From a virus (lineage: Duplodnaviria > Caudoviricetes): 52,368 nt of DNA. The notes under the pieces were generated by a model, which had not been told where the DNA came from, did no database searches, and worked only from the letters and a program-made list of their open reading frames with translations. The translations under genes were made by a program, and so were the position numbers. The stretch lies in IMG/VR virus record IMGVR_UViG_3300025645_000102, positions 1 to 52,368 of that record. One strand, written 5' to 3'. Below, one piece after another: positions 1 to 8,559 of this stretch. How positions within the stretch are numbered: the first letter of the stretch is position 1; every line of letters starts with the position of its first letter.

Positions 1-11
1 GGTCTAGATAA

Positions 12-40
12 ATAATACACAAATACTAAACAAATGTCAA
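12..40 (-). promoter_or_regulatory. sigma70-type promoter firing leftward out of the window
   Basis: Minus strand TTGACA (40-35), 17-nt spacer, TATTAT (17-12). Confidence 0.7.
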
Positions 41-84
41 GCGTAGTTTTTTACGCAGGGTTTGTAAACTGTTTTTAAAACTTC

Positions 85-113
85 TTGACCAGTTACTTAT
101 ATTTTGATATAAT
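85..113 (+). promoter_or_regulatory. sigma70-type early promoter
   Basis: TTGACC (85-90), 17 nt, TATAAT (108-113); AT-rich upstream; GAGG SD before ATG 144. Confidence 0.85.
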
Positions 114-143
114 AGTTTTTCTATAAATTAATCGAGGAAGTTT

Positions 144-410
144 ATGAAGATAAGTAATTTTAAGTTGAAGAAAGTACAACCAGGTGTAGGAGATTTTATG
201 CCTCCCTCTTTTTGGGCTACCGTGGACGTTACGAAAACAAAGTTTTTGGTTAATAGAACTAAGACGGTAAGTGTTTTTAAAAACTCTCATGGGGCATGGA
301 GATGGCAAGATACGGGAGTACACACACCCCCAGCCGTAGTAGATTTAGCTCTAGCTTATACTGCTAGGCAATACCAAACGCAACTAGAGAGTTGTACTAC
401 AGATGAATAG
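144..410 (+). CDS. hypothetical phage protein (88 aa)
   Basis: First ORF after a promoter, with GAGGAAG SD; overlaps the next ORF. Confidence 0.75.
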   Translation: MKISNFKLKKVQPGVGDFMPPSFWATVDVTKTKFLVNRTKTVSVFKNSHGAWRWQDTGVHTPPAVVDLALAYTARQYQTQLESCTTDE

Positions 411-678
411 CTTCTACGTAACAGGGTCTTTTCAGCAATCCGTACTGTACATCAAAGTGAATACCGACTGGACTAGAACAGGGTACAACGTTTTCACTAA
501 TGGAGAGGAAAAGATTACTATTCTCACCTCTCCAGATTCTTTACGGGGGCAACGTCCCGTAGGTAAGATCTACTACGACTACACTTTCAGTAAATTAGGG
601 TACCGAATATCGAAGGAGTGGGATGAGATGTTCTACTACATAGGCGTAGACCTAACTGAACTAGAGGAGAGAACATGA
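403..678 (+). CDS. hypothetical phage protein (91 aa)
   Basis: Overlaps both neighbours; ATGA coupling to the kinase gene. Confidence 0.7.
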   Translation: MNSFYVTGSFQQSVLYIKVNTDWTRTGYNVFTNGEEKITILTSPDSLRGQRPVGKIYYDYTFSKLGYRISKEWDEMFYYIGVDLTELEERT

Positions 679-1277
679 ACAAGATAATAATACTTAATGG
701 GCCCCCTGGGTCCGGGAAAGACTCTATAGCTGAAGAGCTGTGTAGTCGATATCGTTTTGTTAGGTGTGAGTTTAAGGAACAACTCCACAAGATTGCGATG
801 GTACTGTCGGGTTTAGGGGTTGCTGAGTACTTTGAGCTGTACAATAACAGAGACGTAAAAGAGGTTGAAACCCCTCTTCTTTTGGGATTTTCTCCTAGAA
901 GCTTTTTAATACATATCTCTGAGGTTTTGTGTAAGCCCTACTTTGGTAAAGAGTACTTCGGTACTTTAGCAGCTGGGGCAATAAAAAAGGTGTTGCAGCA
1001 AAGTAACGCGGTCTTTAGCGATGGGGGTTTCCCAGATGAGATTAACGCCGTATATAGGATGTATGGTAAGAGTATAGTAATTGTTAGGTTATCGCGAGAA
1101 GGCTATACTTTTGAGGGAGATTCTAGGGACTATGTACTGGAGCAAGATTTAGAGAAAGGGTGTGATATTAAATCGGTCGAGTTACGGGTCGAAGGCACTG
1201 TAGCAGATACCGTCACTAGACTCAGAGCATTACTAGATAGCAAGGCCGTACCCCTCAAAATTAAGTATAAAAAATAA
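675..1277 (+). CDS. P-loop kinase, deoxynucleoside monophosphate kinase-like
   Basis: N-terminal Walker A IILNGPPGSGKD; SDGGFxxE and FEGDSRDY motifs typical of phage dNMP-kinase-like proteins; GAGGAG SD. Confidence 0.75.
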   Translation: MNKIIILNGPPGSGKDSIAEELCSRYRFVRCEFKEQLHKIAMVLSGLGVAEYFELYNNRDVKEVETPLLLGFSPRSFLIHISEVLCKPYFGKEYFGTLAAGAIKKVLQQSNAVFSDGGFPDEINAVYRMYGKSIVIVRLSREGYTFEGDSRDYVLEQDLEKGCDIKSVELRVEGTVADTVTRLRALLDSKAVPLKIKYKK

Positions 1278-1290
1278 TTTAAAAAATATA

Positions 1291-1319
1291 TTGACAAATT
1301 AATATATTTGATATATTAT
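1291..1319 (+). promoter_or_regulatory. sigma70-type promoter
   Basis: A-tract, TTGACA (1291-1296), 17 nt, TATTAT (1314-1319). Confidence 0.85.
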
Positions 1320-1324
1320 AGATA

Positions 1325-1690
1325 CTTAGATTGAGATTACAGAGTAATTTCTTGTTTAAGACTTCGGCGCAAATCCAAGAGCCTTTTATTAGGTGTAGCG
1401 TAGGCCGAGCCTACAGAACTTCAGAGGTTGATTAACCTCTCCTGACACAAAGAAACGTACAGCGGGAGCTTGCGCAGGGCATGTGTCGGAAACATAATAC
1501 CCACGATCAGGGTACTAACCGTGGATGCATTGTAATGATGTAAGCCTAGGGTGTTGGCATCGTAAGATGTTTTAGCTAGCTATTCTAGCGCGAAAATCGG
1601 CCACCCACTGTACCGAGGTACGACAAAAAGGTGGTTTAAGACAGCGCACACGGCCTGGAAGGGTATACTCCAAAGGTGTAGGTACCAAAA
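1325..1690 (+). ncRNA. candidate structured non-coding RNA or long structured leader, family unknown
   Basis: No ORF in the track; starts right after a promoter; 49% GC over 1381-1680 by hand count; many stem-loops with G-U pairs on the + strand and a GUAA tetraloop. Confidence 0.55.
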
Positions 1691-1723
1691 AATCAGTAAC
1701 AAAAAATCAAACAGGAATAAACA

Positions 1724-2092
1724 ATGTATAACTTAATCGTGGTGCGAAAGCCCAAACATCTAAGCTACTCAACAGAGGGACTGACCTCGCTAGATATGGA
1801 TATTTATCTTACTCTAGAAGGATTTGAGTTAGTTCAGGACGCTGTCCGTAATATAATGGTGCAGTCGTACGAACCTTACAACCCTGAGTTAGATGACCTG
1901 GACGTAGATAATTTCATACTACCAGAAGAAGAAGACTGCCGAGTAGTCAGACAGTACATAGAAAATGTGTTGTCCTTGATTATAGGATGTGTTAGAGAAT
2001 TTGGAGCAGTCCAAGTAAACTTAGACACATTAAGCGTCTCCAACAAAATAGATCCGTCTATAGAATCCTCAATAACCTTTATAGAGGTTTAG
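1724..2092 (+). CDS. acidic hypothetical protein (122 aa)
   Basis: AGGA SD; stop codon 1 nt before the obp start. Confidence 0.8.
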   Translation: MYNLIVVRKPKHLSYSTEGLTSLDMDIYLTLEGFELVQDAVRNIMVQSYEPYNPELDDLDVDNFILPEEEDCRVVRQYIENVLSLIIGCVREFGAVQVNLDTLSVSNKIDPSIESSITFIEV

Positions 2093-2093
2093 A

Positions 2094-4841
2094 ATGACTA
2101 TTTCAGTACTACATGCTTGTGACTACAACGATAGAAATAAGCACGGTGAGTTTTTTAGAATAACTAGAGAAAACACCTTTTTAACTAAACGAATAGATAA
2201 GCAAGGCAATAAACTTAAAGCCAACTTCCCAAAGAAGTTTAAGCTAGGAGATTTTTATACCCCAGATTCGTTAACGGAATTAAAGCCTATACTAGAGCTG
2301 CTTGGCGAAGACCCCAAAGCTCTAATAATACGGCACCAATATATCAACGCTAAAATGGGAGATACAGTATTTAGACAGGCTAAATTCGTAAAGAATGAAG
2401 CTAGTAGAATAATCTGTATGGACATTGATGAGCTGGATTTACCAATGGATTTGGAACCTACGGACATAGTAGGACAGGGACTATACGTGTGTAATATTTT
2501 ACATAAATGTAATCCTAATATATTTCCAGACGACATGGGCTTTATTGCTCAGGGATCATCGAGCGCAGGACTTAGCAGGACTATAAAGCTACACTTATGG
2601 TTAGAGAACTATGATTGTGTAGACCAGTCTCAACTAAAGAACCTATTCTATAGTGTCAATAGCACTTTTAAATCTAGGTTCGAAACAAATATAAACTTAA
2701 TAGACGTATCACTATATAACGATATACAGGCGCACTATACCGCTTATCCTATGTTTGAGGAGACTTTGTCAGACCCATTAAAAGGTAAGCGTACGAGATA
2801 TAATTATGGGAATCGTTGCTATGTCCCCGAGGATTACGTTAGTTATGTAAAACCAGCAGTTACTACCGACCTTGAGCGTACAACATATTTGAATGCTATC
2901 ACGGGTAGTACCCTTCAAACTCTTGAACTATCTAATAGGATTAATGCCTTGAAAGATTGGGGCTCTTCTACTTCTGGTTTACGTAAAGCTGTTATTGCTA
3001 CATACCATACTGCTGTACAAACCCAGTATTGCTTAGATTTACTAAGAAAAGATATAACAAATGTATTGGATAGTAAACGACCAGGTGAGCTAGAAAACTA
3101 TATTTCACAGGGTATAGCTAGTGCTGTATCTAATGTTAAAGCTTGCTCTGTTCGCGAGGTACCTCTAAAATGTTTGGGTCTCCCACTGAAAACTATTAGT
3201 GGTGGTGGTGAAGAAAAGTTTCTAAATATGGGAGAATACCCACCACCAGATTCTGTAGTATTCTTAAAAGCTACGCTAGGGACGGGGAAAACTTATAACA
3301 TAGAGCAGTGGTTAAAGTCTGGACACATCGAGGGTAGATTCCTAGCTTTGACAGATACTTCGGCTTTAGTAGAATCAAACACGAAAAGATTCAACCCTGC
3401 ACGAGACTTTAGAAATCCCAAAGGAAGATTAGACTTTGCTACAGGTAAGGTTCAACGTCTTTCTGGCACGTTGCACTCTCTTTATAAAATCAAAGACTTA
3501 ACTAATAGCTTTGATTTTTTGTTTATAGATGAGGCAGATTCTCTGATGAATAATTTATTGTTCGCTACAATAATAAGCGAAGAAAAGCGAGTTATCATAA
3601 TAGAAGTTCTACGGGAGTTGTTGCAAAATACAGATAGAGTTATAATAAGTGATGGGGATATATCGGAAGAAACAGTAGCCCAATATGTAGAGTTAATGCA
3701 AGGTTCTAGGAATCTATACAGAGTATCGCACAAACGTCAAAATCTAAAGGGCGTTCCTGCGTACAAACATGTTAAAGAGAGTTCTTTATGGGGAGCTTTG
3801 CAGGGACACTTAGAGCTAGGAGATAAATGCTTGTTAGTTTCCGATTCTTCGCCAAAAGCTATCAATGAGTACTTGACTGCATTCAATAGATTGTTGCCTA
3901 GCAAAGTTATAAAGGTAGTTCATTCTTCATCTACTGACGATCATGATATTCGTGATATTATAGATAATACTACCGTAGCTTTGCGTAGACAAGAGGTAGA
4001 CGCATTAATATGTAGTCCTAGTATTACTAATGGGGTAGACTTTAATTATTTTGATACTGTGTTTATCTTGACCACATCTGAGAATCACACACCAAATATG
4101 AGGTTCCAGGCTATGATGCGAGAACGCTCACCTGAGACTATTCATTATTATTTTGGTCTTATGAAACAGTTTATTACAGGTTTTTCTAGTGTGACAGTTG
4201 ATAAAGACTTCTTGCCCACAGCTAGGAAAGCTTATGCAGCTAGGAGGGAGCGAGAGTATAAAACTTATGTAGCCACGTTTAATTACTATTTGGTAGAGTC
4301 TGGTGCTACAGTAGAAGTTATAGACGTTCCTTACGATAATCCCAAAGAAGCTGTAGATAAAGAAGAATACTTGATAGAAAGAATAATGGCTATATTAAAC
4401 GCCAAAGAAAGTGTATCGCAAGCACGACATAACGATGCCTATGAAATGAAAGAGAAGATAAAATTCTTTTATGATGTAGACGAGTTAGCTTGGGATGATG
4501 TGGCGTGTTTTCTTAAAGAAAAACCAGATAAATGCGCTGAATACTTTCATAAGTTATATAAATCTTTTGGAAAAGAAATTCTGTCGGCTAGCGTAGAAAA
4601 CCTACTGATTGCTTTGAGAAGTAGACCGAATGAGTTTTACTTGGCTGTAGGTGGTTCTTTGCAGGGAATAAACTCTCAAAGTGGGATCAATAAAACTAAA
4701 CAGATACTTAGTAGGTGTGGCGTTAAGAAAACATCTTCTAATTTACTAGAATGGTATACAAAGTACTGTGAGTACACCGATGGAATAATTTTACCACCAG
4801 AACTTAGAGAATCAACGGAGACAATTAATGAATTACTTTAA
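2094..4841 (+). CDS. obp: replication origin-binding protein (UL9-like SF2 helicase) with N-terminal AEP-like domain
   Basis: Walker A ATLGTGKT, FIDEAD, CSPSITNGVDF, QAMMRER; 915 aa; T5 position upstream of D2. Confidence 0.85.
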   Translation: MTISVLHACDYNDRNKHGEFFRITRENTFLTKRIDKQGNKLKANFPKKFKLGDFYTPDSLTELKPILELLGEDPKALIIRHQYINAKMGDTVFRQAKFVKNEASRIICMDIDELDLPMDLEPTDIVGQGLYVCNILHKCNPNIFPDDMGFIAQGSSSAGLSRTIKLHLWLENYDCVDQSQLKNLFYSVNSTFKSRFETNINLIDVSLYNDIQAHYTAYPMFEETLSDPLKGKRTRYNYGNRCYVPEDYVSYVKPAVTTDLERTTYLNAITGSTLQTLELSNRINALKDWGSSTSGLRKAVIATYHTAVQTQYCLDLLRKDITNVLDSKRPGELENYISQGIASAVSNVKACSVREVPLKCLGLPLKTISGGGEEKFLNMGEYPPPDSVVFLKATLGTGKTYNIEQWLKSGHIEGRFLALTDTSALVESNTKRFNPARDFRNPKGRLDFATGKVQRLSGTLHSLYKIKDLTNSFDFLFIDEADSLMNNLLFATIISEEKRVIIIEVLRELLQNTDRVIISDGDISEETVAQYVELMQGSRNLYRVSHKRQNLKGVPAYKHVKESSLWGALQGHLELGDKCLLVSDSSPKAINEYLTAFNRLLPSKVIKVVHSSSTDDHDIRDIIDNTTVALRRQEVDALICSPSITNGVDFNYFDTVFILTTSENHTPNMRFQAMMRERSPETIHYYFGLMKQFITGFSSVTVDKDFLPTARKAYAARREREYKTYVATFNYYLVESGATVEVIDVPYDNPKEAVDKEEYLIERIMAILNAKESVSQARHNDAYEMKEKIKFFYDVDELAWDDVACFLKEKPDKCAEYFHKLYKSFGKEILSASVENLLIALRSRPNEFYLAVGGSLQGINSQSGINKTKQILSRCGVKKTSSNLLEWYTKYCEYTDGIILPPELRESTETINELL

Positions 4842-5037
4842 AACCCCACCAAGACCGATACCAAAAACGGAGGGTGCTTTTCATAATCTATCTCGAATAT
4901 TGCCGCACTACATAGCGGAAAATTTTGAGTATTTTGAACTGCTTCCCGTCCCTCGCAAACTACACAGTAACTATGAGGCTTACATAGCTAATTTTAAGAA
5001 AAAAATAGCTTGCACAAAAGCTGAATTGTTGTTATAA
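4828..5037 (+). CDS. small hypothetical protein between obp and D2
   Basis: GGAG SD; overlaps the obp end; fills the gap to the next promoter. Confidence 0.6.
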   Translation: MNYFKTPPRPIPKTEGAFHNLSRILPHYIAENFEYFELLPVPRKLHSNYEAYIANFKKKIACTKAELLL

Positions 5038-5038
5038 T
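5010..5038 (+). promoter_or_regulatory. sigma70-type promoter for D2
   Basis: A-tract, TTGCAC (5010-5015), 17 nt, TATAAT (5033-5038). Confidence 0.8.
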
Positions 5039-5069
5039 ATGTTTTTAGAAATTGAGAAAAGAGATAAAC

Positions 5070-5741
5070 ATGGCACGTAGAAAGAATATACCAGAAGATG
5101 TAATACTAAGAGCAAAGCTATGGCTTGACGGTGGTGGCACTAAGAAAGGTGCTTGCGATATATTAGGAGTATCCAACAATAAAACAATGGAAGCTTTGCT
5201 TGAGGAGTATGATAATAAACTTCGTGTAGATAAAGAAATTCGCGCTAAAAAGCGTAAACAAGCGGTTACTTCTCAAGAACTCGCTGAGATAATCTCAGAC
5301 CATTTGAGTGGCTATTCTATGCAAGAATTATCAGAGATCTACTATAGAAGTGCTGATACCATAAAGCATCATCTTGTCAAAAATGGTGCGCTAATTAGAA
5401 CTCATACTAAGATTGATCAACTAAGTCCCCCGCTTCTTCCAGAAGAGTGTATGTCTGATTCTTTTGATATAGGACAGTTTGTTTGGTCGGCTAAATACAA
5501 TTGCATAGCAAAAGTTATGTCGTTGTTTGGCAATGCTTATCGTATCAGAGTTTGGGGAGAGGGTATTATGCAGTACGCATATCAAGCATCTTGCGAACTA
5601 GGCAATCTAGCTCATTTAGAAGCTATCGGAGTACATCTAGGTAAACTAAGCCCAGAAATCCTAAGCACTGAAGAGATAAAACATCTAATCAATAAAACGC
5701 TGCTAGAGGCTAATAAGAAAACTAAGGCTAACAAAGATTAA
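5070..5741 (+). CDS. D2: T5 D2-like DNA-binding protein
   Basis: GGTKKGACDILGVSNN HTH-like motif; synteny; start taken at ATG 5070 (MARRK) rather than TTG 5052. Confidence 0.75.
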   Translation: MARRKNIPEDVILRAKLWLDGGGTKKGACDILGVSNNKTMEALLEEYDNKLRVDKEIRAKKRKQAVTSQELAEIISDHLSGYSMQELSEIYYRSADTIKHHLVKNGALIRTHTKIDQLSPPLLPEECMSDSFDIGQFVWSAKYNCIAKVMSLFGNAYRIRVWGEGIMQYAYQASCELGNLAHLEAIGVHLGKLSPEILSTEEIKHLINKTLLEANKKTKANKD

Positions 5742-5749
5742 AAAACAAA

Positions 5750-5778
5750 TTGACAATAAGTCAAAATCAACGTATAAT
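5750..5778 (+). promoter_or_regulatory. consensus sigma70 promoter for the D3 operon
   Basis: TTGACA (5750-5755), 17 nt, TATAAT (5773-5778). Confidence 0.9.
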
Positions 5779-5813
5779 AACCTTTCACTAATAACAAAAC
5801 AGGAAAATATAAA

Positions 5814-6212
5814 ATGGCTTGGACAGACGAAAAACGTAAACTAGTAGTAGATTCTTATGTAACCACTATGGAAACTGAGTATACTACTGACGAAGATAGA
5901 GCTAAATCTTCAGTAGAAGTAGTAAAAGACTTAGCAGATACTCACGGTGAGACTCCAAACGGTGTTCGCCAAATGTTATCTTCAGCAGGTGTTTATATTA
6001 AAGCCACACCAGCAAAATCAAAATCTACCACTCCTGCTACAGGAACTGGCGGTACTAGAGTAAATAAGGCAGAAGCTATCCAGACTTTACGAAACTTGAT
6101 TCTTCAAGCAACTGAAAGCCCAGAGTCTTTAGACGAAGATATTCTAGGCAAAATGACAGGTAAAGCAGCTCAATACTTTGCTGGTATTCTTTTACAAGCT
6201 ACAGGGAGTTAA
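5814..6212 (+). CDS. D3: T5 D3-like DNA-binding protein
   Basis: MAWTDE, TPNGVRxxLSxAGVYIK and KMTGKAAxYFA motifs; synteny. Confidence 0.75.
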   Translation: MAWTDEKRKLVVDSYVTTMETEYTTDEDRAKSSVEVVKDLADTHGETPNGVRQMLSSAGVYIKATPAKSKSTTPATGTGGTRVNKAEAIQTLRNLILQATESPESLDEDILGKMTGKAAQYFAGILLQATGS

Positions 6213-6213
6213 T

Positions 6214-6474
6214 ATGTTAAAAGCGGTTTTCGAAAAGAAAGCCGCCTCTATGGGCGACTTTTACATGTACTATAAAAACCAAGACTCTGTAACATACGGT
6301 ATATGTACTGCCGAGGTTACAGAGGATTATATGTTACCTAGAATTAAATATATCAAACCTAAAGATGATGAGATTTTATTGTGGAACTGGCGATACCATC
6401 GTCCTTTAGTTATTAAATACTCAAGTATTAAACAAATGACACCACTATCTAGCGTATTAAAAAATTATGTCTGA
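6214..6474 (+). CDS. hypothetical protein in the T5-like D3-ligase interval
   Basis: GGGAG SD before ATG 6214; overlaps the next ORF. Confidence 0.7.
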   Translation: MLKAVFEKKAASMGDFYMYYKNQDSVTYGICTAEVTEDYMLPRIKYIKPKDDEILLWNWRYHRPLVIKYSSIKQMTPLSSVLKNYV

Positions 6475-6790
6475 TAATGACTCCTACAAAGGGTTTACCG
6501 ATGTAGCAGAACATATTATCATAGAAAACGAAGCGAAAGGTATACAGTATAGATTTACTATTTCTACTTTTAGAGATAAAACTTATATGGGTATACGTGA
6601 GTGGTATATGAATTTTGAAGGAGAGTATGCCCCGTCAAAAAACGGAGTGACTCTACCTTATAGTTTACATACTACATCCAGGTTGTATAATGCACTAAAA
6701 AGTACACTTAGTACTGCTGAAGTGCTTGACGAAGTTATAGAAGAGGTTAGGAATGCTACAAATAGCCAAACAGTTGAAATATTGGAGTGA
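6467..6790 (+). CDS. PC4/p15-family ssDNA-binding protein
   Basis: STFRDKTYMGIREWY...PSKNGVTL matches the PC4 pattern; T5 position before the ligase. Confidence 0.75.
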   Translation: MSDNDSYKGFTDVAEHIIIENEAKGIQYRFTISTFRDKTYMGIREWYMNFEGEYAPSKNGVTLPYSLHTTSRLYNALKSTLSTAEVLDEVIEEVRNATNSQTVEILE

Positions 6791-7706
6791 GCAGTACTAT
6801 AATGGTACTCCTGAGATTACTAATGAAGAGTATGACGCAGTAGAACAGATTCATGGACAAATGATCCTAGGTCTGGGCGATGTGCCACATGCTTATCGTA
6901 TGTTTTCTTTAAAAAAGCACTACGACAAAGATGGTACTCCACCTGTTTCAGGTAACTTAGTAGCATCCGTAAAACTGGACGGAGCAGCCGTAGCACTTAC
7001 TTACGTCAAAGGTATTCTAGTTCGTGCACTTACACGCGGTGACGGTATCAAGGGTGCTTGTATTACTAGAAACGCTAAGCTTTTACGTGGTGTTCCTCAT
7101 AAGTTAGAAACCGATGAGCCTTTATTACAAATAACTGGAGAAGTTGTAGCTTTATCTACTGTTGATAATAGCAGAAATTATGCTAGTGGTGCGCTAAAGC
7201 AACTGAATGAAATATCCTTTATTCAACGCAGAGACGCCGGTAGTATGAGATTTATAGCTTATAATGCTCAAGCTAGATGTAACATTTGGGGTTTAGAAGA
7301 TACTTATACTAAAGATCTAGAAACTCTGATCAATCTTGGTTTTGATGTTGTAACTTCTGACTTAGGTGAGTATCCAACCGACGGCACTGTGCTTAGGCTA
7401 GACAGCAACTCTGTTTTCAATCATATGGGTTTTACAGATAAGTTTCCACGAGGTGCATATGCCCACAAGGAAGAGCAAGAATATGTGACTACTACTCTTA
7501 TATCAGTTGAGTGGAATACTGGAAAATCTGGCAAAGTAACTCCAATCGCTATACTTGAGCCTGTTCTTATAGGAGAAGCCAATGTAAGTCGGGCTACCCT
7601 TAATAATATAGAATACATTGAAGCCCTAAATCTAGAGATAGGTTGTACGGTAAAAGTCATTAGAGCGGGTGAGATAATCCCCTCTATTATCGGAAGACTG
7701 GATTGA
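6753..7706 (+). CDS. ligA: NAD+-dependent DNA ligase subunit A (adenylation + OB fold)
   Basis: YYNGTPEITNEEYD, KLDG, LTRGDG, RNYASG, TDGTV, RATLNN, RAGEIIP. Confidence 0.92.
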   Translation: MLQIAKQLKYWSEQYYNGTPEITNEEYDAVEQIHGQMILGLGDVPHAYRMFSLKKHYDKDGTPPVSGNLVASVKLDGAAVALTYVKGILVRALTRGDGIKGACITRNAKLLRGVPHKLETDEPLLQITGEVVALSTVDNSRNYASGALKQLNEISFIQRRDAGSMRFIAYNAQARCNIWGLEDTYTKDLETLINLGFDVVTSDLGEYPTDGTVLRLDSNSVFNHMGFTDKFPRGAYAHKEEQEYVTTTLISVEWNTGKSGKVTPIAILEPVLIGEANVSRATLNNIEYIEALNLEIGCTVKVIRAGEIIPSIIGRLD

Positions 7707-7739
7707 GCGGTATTACCTTTAAAAAGTTTAAAAAAACAC

Positions 7740-7768
7740 TTGCAATTTTGCAAAGTTACGTCTATAAT
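7740..7768 (+). promoter_or_regulatory. sigma70-type promoter between the ligase halves
   Basis: A-tracts, TTGCAA (7740-7745), 17 nt, TATAAT (7763-7768), then AGATTC. Confidence 0.85.
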
Positions 7769-7791
7769 AGATTCAGAAATTGAGGAAAGAG

Positions 7792-8559
7792 ATGAAAATA
7801 ATAGCTCCGACACAGTGTCCTTCTTGTGGATCTGACCTAACAAGAGTAAATGCACAGTTGTTTTGTTTAAACACTAAAGAGTGTGTTGCACAGTATTCAA
7901 AGAAGTTGCAAAACTTTTGTAAAAAATTAAAGATAAAAGGTTTTGGTGCGTCTACTTTAGACAAGCTAAAGCTATCAAATTTTAATGACTTAATAAAATT
8001 AACAGCTAGTGATTTAGAAGCTAATGGCCTCTCAGCACATATGGCTACAAAGTTAGTAGAAGTTGTTAAAAACAGACTAGATTTAGGAATTTCTCCTAAT
8101 GACTTTTTAGCTGCTTGTTCAATTCCTCTAATTGGGGATGGGGCAATGCGAAAACTAAACTTCGACTCTATAGCGAATATTACATATGATATGTGCAAAA
8201 AGCAGGGTCTCGGGAACATAGCAGCATCTAACTTAGTACTATGGATTGACACAGAGTGGGAAGATTACAAAGCTTTCTGGGAAGTACATTTTTCTAAAGT
8301 ACTTCCTAAGACAGCCCCCTCTGATAGCGTACTACCTACCGTATGTATTACAGGTAAACTTACAGATTTTAACAACAGAACCGCAGCAGCAGATTACTTA
8401 TCTTCTCTAGGTTTCCAAATTAAGTCTGGCGTCACAAAACAAGTAAAATATCTAATAAGCGAAGATGGGAATACTTCTTCATCTTCATATAAAAAAGCCG
8501 TAGGTTATGGATTGACTATAACCACAATAAAAATTCTAGAGGAAAAATATGACAAATAA
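7792..8559 (+). CDS. ligB: NAD+-dependent DNA ligase subunit B (Zn finger, HhH, BRCT)
   Basis: PTQCPSCGS...LFCLNTKEC, IKGFG, IPLIG, VCITG...GVTKQVKYLI; start at ATG 7792 after GAGG. Confidence 0.9.
   Translation: MKIIAPTQCPSCGSDLTRVNAQLFCLNTKECVAQYSKKLQNFCKKLKIKGFGASTLDKLKLSNFNDLIKLTASDLEANGLSAHMATKLVEVVKNRLDLGISPNDFLAACSIPLIGDGAMRKLNFDSIANITYDMCKKQGLGNIAASNLVLWIDTEWEDYKAFWEVHFSKVLPKTAPSDSVLPTVCITGKLTDFNNRTAAADYLSSLGFQIKSGVTKQVKYLISEDGNTSSSSYKKAVGYGLTITTIKILEEKYDK

Noticed and set aside
1325-1690. tRNA, tmRNA, RNase P RNA or group I/II intron identity for the structured region
   Set aside because: No T-loop GTTCRA or cloverleaf, no GAGGAAAGTCC core, no group I P7 elements; only a superficial likeness to the 3' side of group II domain V; no interrupted gene
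7707-7791. Intron or frameshift joining the ligase halves
   Set aside because: The gap holds a promoter and SD, and the split ligase is normal in T5-like phages
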